NCBI GenBank assembly: GCA_043228905.1 | Contig: JBHGNT010000002.1 | Coordinates: 21,886,001-21,950,000, forward strand | Source: Azolla caroliniana | Lineage: Eukaryota > Plantae > Polypodiophyta | Reading direction: 5' to 3' | DNA: 64,000 nt | Shown: piece by piece, positions 1-11,573 of the stretch | How the letters are laid out: every line of letters begins with the position of its first letter | Position numbering within the stretch: position 1 is the first letter of the stretch | Program-made: the position numbers and the translations under genes | The notes under the pieces: model-generated | Seen by the model: the letters and a program-made list of their open reading frames with translations, nothing else | Told to the model about the DNA's origin: nothing | Database searches by the model: none

Positions 1-30
1 CTGGTGCAGCTTCAGGTCTCCTCCTCTTCA
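1..30 (+). CDS. MIC10: MICOS subunit MIC10 (DUF543), 3' part of an upstream coding exon; gene starts left of window
   Basis: Reads (x)GAASGLLLF plus A, followed by a GTAAGT donor at 31. It splices in phase to the exon at 3365, giving GLLLFRSPVTRW, the plant Mic10 signature. Confidence 0.8.
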
Positions 31-1434
31 GTAAGTCTCTCTCTCTCTCTCTCTCTCCCCCCTTCTCTGGATCATAATCACATGATGATGATGATGATGG
101 GTGTAATAATGCTGATGTTGGTTTTGGATATGGTAATGATGGTTGTGATGATAATGGTGACGATGAGCAGTAAGTGTTAATTTGAAGCATGCAGACACGG
201 ATGTAATATCGTGTAGGTCGTTCGTACTTTCCCTCAGTTTCCAAGGATTTGGCAGACGTGCTCCTGGATATTGTGGTAGTTGCTAACCAAGGATCTCTTT
301 TGTTGGCTTTTCACCTTTACAATTGCTGAAGCCATAGCTTCATAGTGATGGGGTTGATAAAAATCCTGTTTTTCTTGCTTATGAACACTCTCTCCCTCCA
401 TTTTCTTCTTATGTATCGAAGGAAAATATATGGATATCAATCACATGATTGGTCTTTGGTAATCTCACAGTTTCTCATGTTGTTTCACGCATGATCATCA
501 TGTTTGTATGTATGTGCCACACGTGAAATCGATATCTGAAATCTGATATCAGATGGTTGCATGGTCGGGTGTTGGATACTTAACCAAGAACACCTTGCTG
601 TAGATGTGTGTGATGAAAACGATATTGAAGAGGCATAGGAGCGCTTTAAACTGGCATGGCAGCAATTTGGACTAGCACTTGCCCAATCTGTGACTTTGCA
701 CGTTTAACCCATGTGCTTTATAGGACCAATTCTCTTGTAACTAATATTATTTTTCATTTCCATTCTTCTCTGTTCATTCCATTCAAACTTGGAAACCCAA
801 GTGTGTCAAGGGACGGAGTCCCTTATAACTAATATAACTTGTCATTGTCATTATTCTCCTCTTATTCCATAAAAAAATTTATTACCTGAAAGTAAAAGTT
901 GCCGTGCAACACTTCACATAATGTGTTTGAATGCACGACACATTGTGAAAGAACAATAATTACTGTCCAATCTTCGTAAGAGAATTTTACCAAGAAGTCA
1001 GTACCAAGAGAACAAACAATCACACCAGTTGGAATGCTCAACTGTAGAACCCATATTGCAGAGGGTGGTTGCTATATTATTGAAGGGCGTCACAATGGTG
1101 CTGGAAACATGGAGGAGATGCTAATTAGAAACTAAAAAGTGCTAGGATCAACCAAAAGATATTTATTCTCTGGAATGGCTATGAGATAATTATTCTCATA
1201 ATTGGCTATTAGGTAATATTCTGCCAAAAAATATTAAAATTCTAGCAATACATGATAAATAAAACCTAATACATCCTGGCACTGCCTTTGTAAGGATGCC
1301 TGCAGCATATTCCACATTTGGATGGCATTTTGAGCATGTATCTTAAGCATGAACCTGGTTATGAACATAATGGTACAATATCTCAGTATGCTCCATCTGA
1401 GATGGGTCCAAAGCTCTTTGGTGATCACACTACA

Positions 1435-1700
1435 CTACTGTATACCCACAGTAAGAGGATCTAGGTTCCTAAAGAAGGCCATTATAAAGCAGACTATCCC
1501 AAAAACGTGCTGCGCTATATATTGACACAGTAATGTACATCTCCATTTTGGGTTTCTCTTGATGCTCGAAGTGATAGGTCCAGAACCTAATACAAAAACA
1601 TAACTGAGTATTACTTTCATCAGCTGCGAACAAGGCCCTACGAATCTTGGATAAGGTCTTGTTCTACCATTGGTCAGCTTTTCATTGGTTGAGAAGATAG
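1435..1700 (-). mobile_element. Degenerate Ty1/Copia RNase H remnant in the MIC10 intron
   Basis: Minus-strand YVFVLGSGPITSSIKR resembles the Copia GYVFxLGSGAISWSSKKQ motif. Confidence 0.4.
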
Positions 1701-1804
1701 GTTCAGGTGCTATGCCTCCTTGTGGACTTAACAAGAATCTCTGTGTATGCTTCTGTTGGGGAAAGTAAATTGTTTCACATGTTTATCTGATCTCTCTGCC
1801 AATG

Positions 1805-2265
1805 GGGAAGTGAAGAAAGAAAAAATCGGTCATTTGAAAATCACACTTAAAGCATCCAAAACTGATCTAATCTTCTATGCGAAGGAATTGAGAAAATCAT
1901 TACAGACATTTATAGTCAAAATGGATTCTTTTGCAATTAGGACATTGGTAACAGCATGAGGAAAAGTTTTGCAGACTGAGCAAAAAGAACTTATCAATTC
2001 CTTCGGAATAAAGCTCAAGATACCAAGGGAGAAGTGGAGAAGGCCAAGTTCTGTCATCTAAAAATCTCAGTCAAGGCATCTGAAACTGATCTGATCTTCT
2101 CTGTATGGGAGTTTGAGAAAATCAAATCATCAATACAGACGATTAGAATCACAATAAATATTATCACAATTAGGACATATAGGTTACAGTATGAGGAAGA
2201 TTTTAGCGGACTAAGCAAAGAAACTTCTCAAATCCTTCGGTATAAAGCGCAAGGTGTTTGTTCAA
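1805..2265. repeat. Diverged tandem duplication, unit about 225 bp
   Basis: The blocks AAAATCxCAxTxAAxGCATCxxAAACTGATCTxATCTTCT, CAATTAGGACAT and TCCTTCGGxATAAAGCxCAAG each occur twice, in the same order. Confidence 0.65.
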
Positions 2266-2689
2266 GGACGTAAACAGAATTATGTAACTTGTGTGCCTAT
2301 GTTCTTGGTTCAGAACCTCAATATGTGGTTATCAGCATAGTATTCTGGCTGTGGATTGCCATCAGGAAAGCAAATTCTACATCTATTTGGAAAGCAGTAC
2401 AGGAATGGTGGGCAGCTGTCTTGAACATTTCCTTAAGAAGCAGTGTAAAATTCTAATTTAATGGGTTACCGTTTAATGGTAACATTTTCGGAGCTGCTAT
2501 ATTTGGTGGTATGGCATGCCAATGGTTTTTTGTAATTGTCTCTTGTCCTACCTATGCTTGGGTCTGGTTGGTGTAGTTAAGTATCCTTAATCCATTGTCT
2601 TTCGTTAACCATTTAATTAATTGCTTATCATTATTGTTAATCATAATAGTAGCTGGAAAAATAGTTATGGTCATCATTTAGGCCATGAG

Positions 2690-2900
2690 CAGGAACGTTC
2701 CCACAAAGTCAAAACTGGAGCTCCAAGCATACTCTTTTGTGAACCTTCATTTGTGTTTATAAAAACTACCATCAGTCTTAAACTTGTTCTAGAAGATCCA
2801 CCAAACATGAGCTACCCTGCATTTGGAGGCCATAGTAATGAGATAAATTTACTATTCTTCTCAATGGTAGGTCACCTTTTTTCTTGCATAACTTGTGTGG
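2690..2900 (-). mobile_element. Degenerate Ty1/Copia RT remnant
   Basis: Minus-strand WWIF*NKFKTDGSFYKHK resembles KWIFKTKxKxDGSLDKHKARLVAKG. Confidence 0.45.
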
Positions 2901-3364
2901 TTAGGAGAGGGGTTTCCTTGACATCAGTGGGTTCCTCTTACCTTGGATCACCATATTTATCAAAGCAAGATTAACTGAATGCTTAGATGTCCAAGCAAGT
3001 CATGAAAAATGGAAGGGGCTTTAGAAGAATGCTGTTTTTGTGTGATAGACTTGCAAAACGTCTAGAAATACCACCCTTCCATGCTATATGCAATTAAATG
3101 TTTCTTTGTGATATATACACATTTTGGTTTCTTATTTGGTCTTACAGGCCATTTTGACTCAAAAAGATGTGTATATATCTTTCTTTCTCTTTCTCTCTCT
3201 CACACTCTCATATACACATTTTGGTCATCTTTCTGTCATGTTATCTTTGTAGATTTCTTCAGAAGGAAATTTTTGAGACCAAACTAGTTACAAGTTGATT
3301 GATATGTCATCAAGTAAGAAATTAATTATTGATATAGGCTCTGTTTTTTTTCTTGATTAACCAG

Positions 3365-3516
3365 GGAGCCCTGTGACAAGATGGGCAGCTGTGGCTTTTG
3401 GTGCAGGTGTAGGCTTGGGTTCTGCCTACACTGATTGTTCCCATATCATGGTTGGTGCATTACCAAAGTGGCCATTACCTTCCAGTATTCCTCCCAACAG
3501 TCATACTGGGCCAGAG
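3365..3516 (+). CDS. MIC10: MICOS subunit MIC10, internal coding exon
   Basis: A polypyrimidine tract and CCAG acceptor end at 3364. The exon encodes (R)SPVTRWAAVAFGAGVGLGSAYTDCSHIMVGALPKWPLPSSIPPNSHTGPE, with the GxGxGxG motif, then a GTATGT donor at 3517. The short terminal exon was not located. Confidence 0.9.
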
Positions 3517-3550
3517 GTATGTATCTCCATATTTCTTTCCTATGCATGAA

Positions 3551-4092
3551 ATGGTACTATAGCCTAAGAAATAGTCCTCTCTTTCCATGGCAGGAGTCTT
3601 AATTACTTCTGAAAGTATAGACCAGTGAGTGGAAAGAAATCCTGCACTGCTGTCGCATTGTTCCTTAGAAGGCTTTGGAAAGATGTACTGCATATAAGTC
3701 ATATGAAGTTCTCGACTACCTAAAACAACATGATTTTGTGTCATCCTTGGGCTCCTTTTTGTCACAATTAAACCTTGGAGTCTGATATCAAAAGAAATGT
3801 GAATGTTTGTATTCAGACAAACTACTATGCTTTTCTAGGTAATAACCACAACATTTGTGCATGCGAAAACCTCATATGTTTTCTGTGAAGAACAATTGTT
3901 AATCAATCAACGGAAACTGAGTTCTATCTATGTGCAGATTATGAACTTAAAAATGTAGCTTTAGATTTTGGTTTCTTGCATAGTATCAAGGTGAGTTTCA
4001 GTGCATATATCCTTCAGTTTCCGTGGAAAGAGATGGTACTATAGACTAAGAAATAGGCCTGTCTTTCCATGGCAGGAGTCTTAATTACTTCT
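3551..4092. repeat. Pair of ~60-bp direct repeats (3551-3610 and 4033-4092) with hairpin potential
   Basis: ATGGTACTATAGxCTAAGAAATAGxCCTxTCTTTCCATGGCAGGAGTCTTAATTACTTCT occurs twice with 3 mismatches. Confidence 0.8.
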
Positions 4093-5844
4093 TGATGTAC
4101 CCTTCCGTTTCAGCACACTGGTTATCTGAGTCTTAAAATTTTACAAGTTGCTATGAAGGCCTAATGTATTCCTCTTCGTGACTGAGTCATGATTAATTTT
4201 GCATGTTTAACCATCTAGAAGGTGCATATCATTAGATTATTGCTAGAGGTGCTTGTATAGCTCTAATCCAAAATTGACTTTGAGATGATTGTTCTAAAGC
4301 ATAATTTTCTATAATTTTCTTTGCCAAACCTGATATTTTACTCAAAATCAAATTACCTTGGTCTTTGCCTAATATTGTAAAAAGATCCATTTGAATTGCA
4401 AGTTTGATGTTTAATCCTGTGGATATGGTAGAAGAAATCAAGAAGTGACATCTACAAACACTGTATGCTCAAATGTCTATGTAGGAGAAACCATTGATTA
4501 GCATATCCATGTAGGACAAACAATTGAGTGGGATGTATTGCTAATCCCAGATTACCATCAAAGAACTTCAAGAAAATATGACATTTGTATTATAACGGAT
4601 TTATCCTAGTGGGTAGCTGTTAGGCTGTCTGACAAGGTTGTGTGTAAAAATCCTTTTACTTGCTCATGTCTTTGTTGTGCATATCATTTGTATATCTATA
4701 CACCATATTGATGCCTTAAACATGGTTTGTTAGATAGAAAGAAGAAAGACAAAAAGGTATATTAACGTCTTCTGAGACCAAAATTGGCCCATGAGACAAT
4801 TGATTTACAATAAAAATGGGGTATACCCATTCATCAAAAGTGAAAATAAAATAGAATATAAAATAAAATAGAACGTAAGCTAGCTAAAGAGTTATAGCAA
4901 AAAAATAAGATCATGAGATAGCAAGACCCACATAAGCTAAAGAGTTCTAGCAAAAAAAAAAGATCATGAGATAGCAAGCCCCACCACACGTATGTGAACA
5001 AATTTCATTGGAGAATGTATTCTAAAGTCCAAATTTGTAATAAATGTAAGAGAATGCCCTGTTTTATTATTATCCTTATTTTTCTTAATGTATTGACTTT
5101 GAGTTTACTTGTGTGTTCTCTCTCTCTCTCTCTTCAAACTGCCACTTCAAATTGTGGGAAGTTTTGCACCTTGGCCTTTAATGTTCTCTCAAATCATATA
5201 GATAGAACGAATGTGTTTCTTGTCACAATAGGTTGGAAATAGAGCATATTATGCATTTCAGAAAACAAGAAATGTGTAAAAATTAATTGTTGGGTTCTCA
5301 AGAAATACCTTTTTCAACACTTTGATGACATCAATGCATCAATATGGAATGGAAGTATTATTAAGTGTTTGTGCTTCAATATGCAGTGGAAGTATTATTA
5401 AGTATCCGCCATATGAGATACAAGTTGTGGGGACAACATCACCAACAAAAGAGACATAAAGCTCAACAAGACATTAGGAGACATTAGGGGGATAGAGTAA
5501 ATCCCAATAAAAAACTTTGTAGCTAATGGGTGCCCTAATTTGAAAGAAACCCTCCCCCTTTGTAGAAAGCAATAAAAGCTATTCTTTGGTGACTTTTGTA
5601 GCTCTTCTCCATTCTTGGGTTTTCTCCTTTGACTAGTGTATTAAGAAATCTCAATCTATCTCGTTAATCTTTCAACTGAGTTAAGAGTGATTAGGCTCAA
5701 GAGGTAATTGAGCCAACCCTAATCACTCCACTCTTGTATGTTTGTTGAATACTCTTTTATAATAAGTTGTGTGTTCTTTTCTCTTAATGCTCCTTATATG
5801 TATTGTTAACTAACATCTTTTATAAGAGAGATACATAGAACATA

Positions 5845-6400
5845 TATATAGATAAATAGATATAGTTTTTTCGTATTCGGAGGTCAAAATTTTTTTTTTT
5901 CCAAAAAAAACACTACTTCCCATTAGTTACCAAAAGAAGTACATCAAAGATTAGCCAGAATCAAAACAACATAATCCCCACCCTACTATTTACAACAAAA
6001 GTATCCCGCTAACACTTTGTACATGGTGACCACATATTTACAACTCCTGTCCACTCATGGAAGTCAATGGCGGAAACAGCCATCTCGGTGCTTGGTAGTT
6101 CCATTCGGAGGTCAAATATGACTTACAAGACCAAAAATATTACATTTCACATGATACATGTTAAAGTGAATAGCGTCTCTCGATGTTGCAACCAAGAGTG
6201 CACATTGTGGTTGTGAGATAAATTTGTGCAAGGATTGGGCTTGGTGGAAGATGTGTGGAAAGCATGATCACTATGATCAAAGGTAGATCATTGTATTAAA
6301 GTGTGATACTTAGACTCTCAAACTTGTTTAGGGCAAAGTGTGCATAGTCGACCACTCTTGTCACTTGTGCCCCAATGCCCTATCTCACATCGCAATGAAT
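5845..6400 (-). mobile_element. 3' fragment of the RTEX-like LINE family, interrupted by a retro-insert
   Basis: 6103-6395 is the reverse complement of about 11300-11615 of the full-length LINE (C-terminal zinc finger and 3' UTR GTCATATTTGACCTCCGAA). The tail continues at 5845-5888. Confidence 0.85.
5889..6102 (-). mobile_element. 214-bp poly(A)-tailed retroposed insert with 14-bp TSD
   Basis: ATTCGGAGGTCAAA lies at 5875-5888 and again at 6103-6116. A T-run at 5890-5900 is poly(A) on the minus strand. Confidence 0.8.
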
Positions 6401-6579
6401 GAGAGAAAGAAAGAGAGAGCAAGAGAGAGTGAGTGTAAGCACTAACCACTAGGGTTAGTTAAGCTACTACCTCAAGAGTGTCTACAATCATGCTTGCCCG
6501 GTTCGCTACCAATAGGGTATACGTGAGTCCAGATCCTTGGACTAATGAATTGACGGGAGATAAAACTCCATCAATTCAT

Positions 6580-7115
6580 AAGATGTATTCCAAGTTCCTC
6601 CATGTGAAGAAGCAAACACCATACACACTCCTCGCCGAGATGACATCACCTCCAATTGAGGCCATGGCCATTAAAAGTACATGCTTAAGGTTCAAAAAGG
6701 TCATTCACATCGATGTCCTAGAATTGAATGGGACGCAAGCAAAAAGATCCATGAAATGGCGAAAATGTGGATATTCATGCAACATACAAACCATTTTTTC
6801 AATACGACTTACATCACACTTCGATGTGAGATGAGAAATTACACCACACATGTTGAGATGTGTCAATGTGCACATTTTGCCATAAACAAAGTTGGGAAAT
6901 TGATCAAACTTTGATATAATGCCTTGCCTTTGATCTTACAACGAAACACAAAATATTGCATGAAATTTTTTCACAATCAAAGTTTGGACTCTTAATTGTG
7001 AGATGCATTAGTAAAGCTCTCAAACATTGAGAGTCGCGACTCACTTTTACATGTACTATATGAAAATATTATATTTTTTGTTTGATAAGTCATATTTGAC
7101 CCCGAAGACGATAAT

Positions 7116-7204
<89 letters not shown>
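6580..7204 (+). mobile_element. Older, degenerate 3' fragment of the RTEX-like LINE ending in a (CT)n tail
   Basis: SKFLHVKKQTPYTLL and MLKVQKGHSHRCPRIEWDASKKI match ORF2 of the adjacent element. The 3' end GTCATATTTGACCCCGAAGACGATAATAAAA is followed by (CT)~42. Confidence 0.85.
7120..7204. repeat. (CT)n microsatellite, about 42 units
   Basis: Read directly from the sequence. Confidence 0.95.
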
Positions 7205-7209
<5 letters not shown>

Positions 7210-7384
7210 CGCAACCATCTTTTCCGTTACCGTGGCGAGAAGTTATGAGCATTTTCATCCGCAGCCATCTTTGCCCTACGGTTCCTCAAACGGAAGGTAG
7301 ATTTTGAAGCCCTAAATCGAGTGAAAGGTACATTCTCTCTCCTTCCCTCTCTATCTCTCTTTTCCCGTAGGGTTTGTCCCTACA

Positions 7385-8254
7385 ATGGCAAATACTCGTA
7401 AAACCGCTGCAAAGTTTGGGGGTATGATTGATAATGAGCCGAGATCACCAACAAATCTCGATTCTAATGCAATGGACAAAATGCTTATGAGTCACTTGAT
7501 TTCTCTTCAAGAAACCATAAACAAGCAAGGTGAAGAGATTAGGACATTAATGAAAGAGAATACTAAGCTCCAAAGTGTTGTCATTGAGAATGAAAGGCTT
7601 AAACAAGTGGTTGCAAAACTTCAAGAAGAGATTCAAGAATGTAAAAGAGCTTCTTTTGAAACAAATGAGCGCCTTAACAAGATTGAGTTAAAGGAAGCAT
7701 TAAAAGAAGAAAAATTGGACACGATGAGGCGAGATGTAAGTGAGATGAAAAATGTATGTACAACGAAGTCATGGGCCGATGTATGTGGTGGGGATGTGCT
7801 ATCAAACTCATCTAATATGCATGTGATGCATCAAGAGAAGAATATAGAAAGCATAGATGTCCGAGAATTGAAAGAACGTGAACGACGATCAAAGAACATT
7901 GTTGTTCGTGGGATTAAAGAAGAGAGTATGGAAACACCCGCATCCCTTGGAAAGGCCATTGGTGAATTTTTTAGCATGCATTATGGGATGTCAGATGTGA
8001 ATGCATATGGGGCACATCGAGTTGGGAAACATGGTGTTACTCGCTCCGGACAAAGGCCTATTGTATGCACAATGACAGATGATACAAAGCGGCGGATCAT
8101 ACTCGAAAATAGATGGGTATACCTCAAAGGTACACAATGCTTTGTGAGTGAAGATCGTACTATCTCACAACAAAATGCTCGTCGTAAAGCATATGAAGAA
8201 AGATTGAAAAACAAGGTTAAGGATGTGCCTAAAGATGGAAATGTAGGCAAATAG
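7385..8254 (+). CDS. LINE ORF1 protein (coiled coil plus RRM-like RNA-binding domain), intact, 289 aa
   Basis: A heptad-rich N-terminal half is followed by ERERRSKNIVVRGIKE...AHRVGK...RPIVC...LKGTQCFVSEDRT, the pattern of L1/CR1/RTEX-type ORF1p. Confidence 0.85.
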   Translation: MANTRKTAAKFGGMIDNEPRSPTNLDSNAMDKMLMSHLISLQETINKQGEEIRTLMKENTKLQSVVIENERLKQVVAKLQEEIQECKRASFETNERLNKIELKEALKEEKLDTMRRDVSEMKNVCTTKSWADVCGGDVLSNSSNMHVMHQEKNIESIDVRELKERERRSKNIVVRGIKEESMETPASLGKAIGEFFSMHYGMSDVNAYGAHRVGKHGVTRSGQRPIVCTMTDDTKRRIILENRWVYLKGTQCFVSEDRTISQQNARRKAYEERLKNKVKDVPKDGNVGK

Positions 8255-8263
8255 GGACACGTG

Positions 8264-11200
8264 ATGTATGAGACTAACCCACGCCTTTTACGACTATGCT
8301 TTTGGAATTGCAATGGATACCCATGGAATGCGGGATTTGGCATAGAGGAGTTCACCGATGACTCAGATATCACACTTCTTGTTGAAACATGGGAGCATGA
8401 TACTCAAAGGATTCAAGGTTTAGGAAACTATAATGTACACTCTTTGATATGGAAGAAAAATCCAAGACAAAGAAGAGGACAAGGAGGGGTGGCATGTTTG
8501 ATTAAGAAGGAAATACAGAAATATGTGTCAATCATAAAAAATGATGAAAATAAATGCTACATATGGCTCAAAATAGAAACACCTAATGATTTGCCCACTT
8601 TTGTACTTGGATGTTACATTCCTCATCAAGATTCTAACTTTTATGCTTGTTTGGATAAAGATCAACCGTTTGCCAATCTAGAAGATGATATTGCTTATTT
8701 CAAATCCAAAGGGGAAGTTATTGTCTTTGGTGACATGAATGCTATGCAAATGTATAACCGCTCTTCTAGCGATGAAAAAGATCCGGACCAATTTGGGAAG
8801 TTACTCCTACAAATGTGCAATAGTACCGGATTGCTTATTGCAAATGGTATTTCCTTATGGCCCAACACTAATGGTTTTACATGTAGAAAACACAACGGAA
8901 ATAGTGTGATTGACTATGTGCTACTTTCCGAAGGTATTTTGGATCGTATACATAAATTCTCACTTGGTGAATGGACGTCGGAATCCGATCATAGGCCTTT
9001 ATGTATTGATCTCAAATGTATGCATAGGTTTGATTGTGAGAAGGCTATTGAAGATAATAAACAACCACACTTGAGCATGAACCTTAAGCGAGCACCCATG
9101 TATTCCAAGATGGTTGAGGATATGTTACAAATGACAAAAATACAACATGGTGCCACACTAGAATGCAAATGGGAAGCTTTCAAGAAAGTCATTCTCTCAT
9201 GTACAAACAAATGTTTTTCGACCAACCGCACATCTTGGAAGTGCACCAAGAAACTTAGGAAAAAATGGTTTGATAAAGAATGTCGTGCAGCTCGAAAGTA
9301 CCTTATGGTTTTGGATGTAGTTAAGGATAAAGAGAATTACCAAAAGCATTTGCATGAGTATAAAAGGCTTATTCAAAGAAAGAGAAGAATATGGGAAGTT
9401 ACTCAACAATTTATCCAAACGCAAGAGAAAGCACATGCATGTGCTAAATTTTGGGGAAATCTAAAGGGAAAACATGTTGAAAGTTATGGTGACTTAACTC
9501 TTCACGACTTGTCTATGCATTGTAAGAATTTATATGAGTTATTTCTTGCCGGAAAGATGATGTGTTATGGTTCTCTTTCACATATGTCTCCCTTCTTTAC
9601 AATTGAAGATATATGCATAGGACTTAAGAAATTGGCCTCTCGAAAGGCAAGCGATCTTCAATGTATAAAGGCTGAAATGCTCAAATGGACGGGAAAGGAA
9701 GCACATATATGGATAAGCGATATGTTTAATGATGCATTGCAACATGGTATGCCGTATGATTGGACTACAAATTGGATCAAACCTTCACATAAAGGTGGAG
9801 ATATAAATAATGTAAACAACTATCGAACCATCATGGTTGGCTCATTAATGGCAAAACTATTTGGATGTATAATAGAATCAAAGATAAGTGTATGGGCTAA
9901 AAAAAGTGGTAAGAGAGCTTATGGACAAGCTGGCTTTCGGAAACACCATAGCACCATTGATCACCTTATCACCCTTCGAGTATTAATGGAGGAAAGTTGC
10001 CTTAGAGGTAAAGGTTTATATTATTGCTTTGTAGACTTCAAGAAAGCTTTTGATCTGGTACCTCATGAGCATCTTTGGAGGCGAATGGAAGAACTTGAGG
10101 TGCCAAGTGAATATATGCTTGCAATTTCCCGAATTTATGAGAAGGTTATATGTTGTGTGCACATGAGAGATAAACTTTCAGATTTTTTCAAAAGCACTAT
10201 TGGTGTTAAGCAAGGATGCCCACTCTCACCAAAACTATTTGGTCTATGCATTAATGAATTGGAAGAAATGGTTACCTGGTCCAAGTTTGCATAGGAAGAA
10301 TGTGTTGAAGAAGTTGCCATTGGGAATGTTGTAATTATGCTTTTGCTATATGCAGATGATGTAGTGCTTTTTGCAAATACTTTAGGAGATGCACAAAAGC
10401 TTATGAAGGCATTGGAAAAATTTTGCATGCATACTAAATTAAGTGTCAATAGCTCTAAAACAAATATTATGCTTGTGAAGAGCCAAAAAAGAGATAAACC
10501 ATGCATTATGTACAACAATGAGCCACTTGAATGTGTGGAAAGCTTCAAATATCTTGGCCTTGAAGTTCCTTCAAATCATAGATGAAATGAATGTGCTACA
10601 CGCCGCTTAGAGGCGGGCAAGCGAGCATACTATGCATTCGAGAACACATGCAATCTTGGAGATATTAAGTGTTGGGTCCTCAAGAAATATCTTTTCGACA
10701 CTTTGGTGACACCGGTTCTTCTCTATGGGATGGAAGTATGGGGCGGTAGTATCCCTAAATCTATGTGGAAAGAGTTTGAAAATGTCCAAAAGCATTTTCT
10801 TACCAAGTTTCTACAAGTTAAGAAACAAACGCCCTACACCCTCCTCCTCCTTAAGACGGGATCGCTTCCCATTGAGATCATGGTCATGGAAAGGGTTTGT
10901 TGAATACATGCTTAAGGTTCAAAAAAGTCCCTCACATCGACTTCCTAGAATTGCGTGGGAAGTAAGCAAAAAGATCCAAAAGACACATAAAAGCAAAATT
11001 TTGTGTTCTGGTTGGATGCAAGATATAGAAAAATGGTTTGGTAGATGGGATGCAAGACACTTGCTTCATGATGCATCATTAGATTCCTCTGTAAATGAGG
11101 CATTTTTGTAACGCCAATGTATCATGACATGGGACAAATGTGGAGGCTCACGCTCCACACATTATACTACACATGTTGCACCTAACTACAAAACCATATT

Positions 11201-11573
11201 CTTTGCGGAACGGGGAAATCGTACACATCCATACATGTTAGAGCCCATACCGTTATCTTCCATTCAAACCATTGCTTCCATGCGACTTAGCTCACATGCA
11301 TTGCGATGTGAAACAGGGCGTTGGGGTACAAGTGATGAGAGTGGTCGGCTATGCACACTTTGTCCTAAACAAGTTTGCGAGTCTGAGTATCACACTTTGA
11401 TACAATGCTCTGCCTTTGATCATATTCGACCATGCTTTCCACATCTCTTCGATCGAGCCCAATCTTTGCATGAATTCCTCTCACAACCACAATGTGCACT
11501 CGCAATTGCAACATTCATTGGTAAAGTTCTTGAACATCGAGAGTCACTACTCATTTTCACACGTATCACGTGA
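8264..11573 (+). pseudogene. LINE ORF2 (AP endonuclease, reverse transcriptase, C-terminal CCHC finger), disrupted
   Basis: APE motifs WNCNG, LVETW, GDMNA, IDY and SDH; RT motifs NYRTI, QAGFR, FVDFKKAFD, GVKQGCPLSP, LLYADD and FKYLG; C-terminus RLSSHALRCETGRW...CTLC...ESEYHTLIQC. In-frame stops at 10292, 10583 and 11109 and a frameshift near 10895. Confidence 0.92.

Noticed and set aside
3517-4520. Candidate terminal exons for MIC10 (acceptors near 3937, 4430 and 4484)
   Set aside because: Several short AG-stop options exist and none can be singled out without transcript data.
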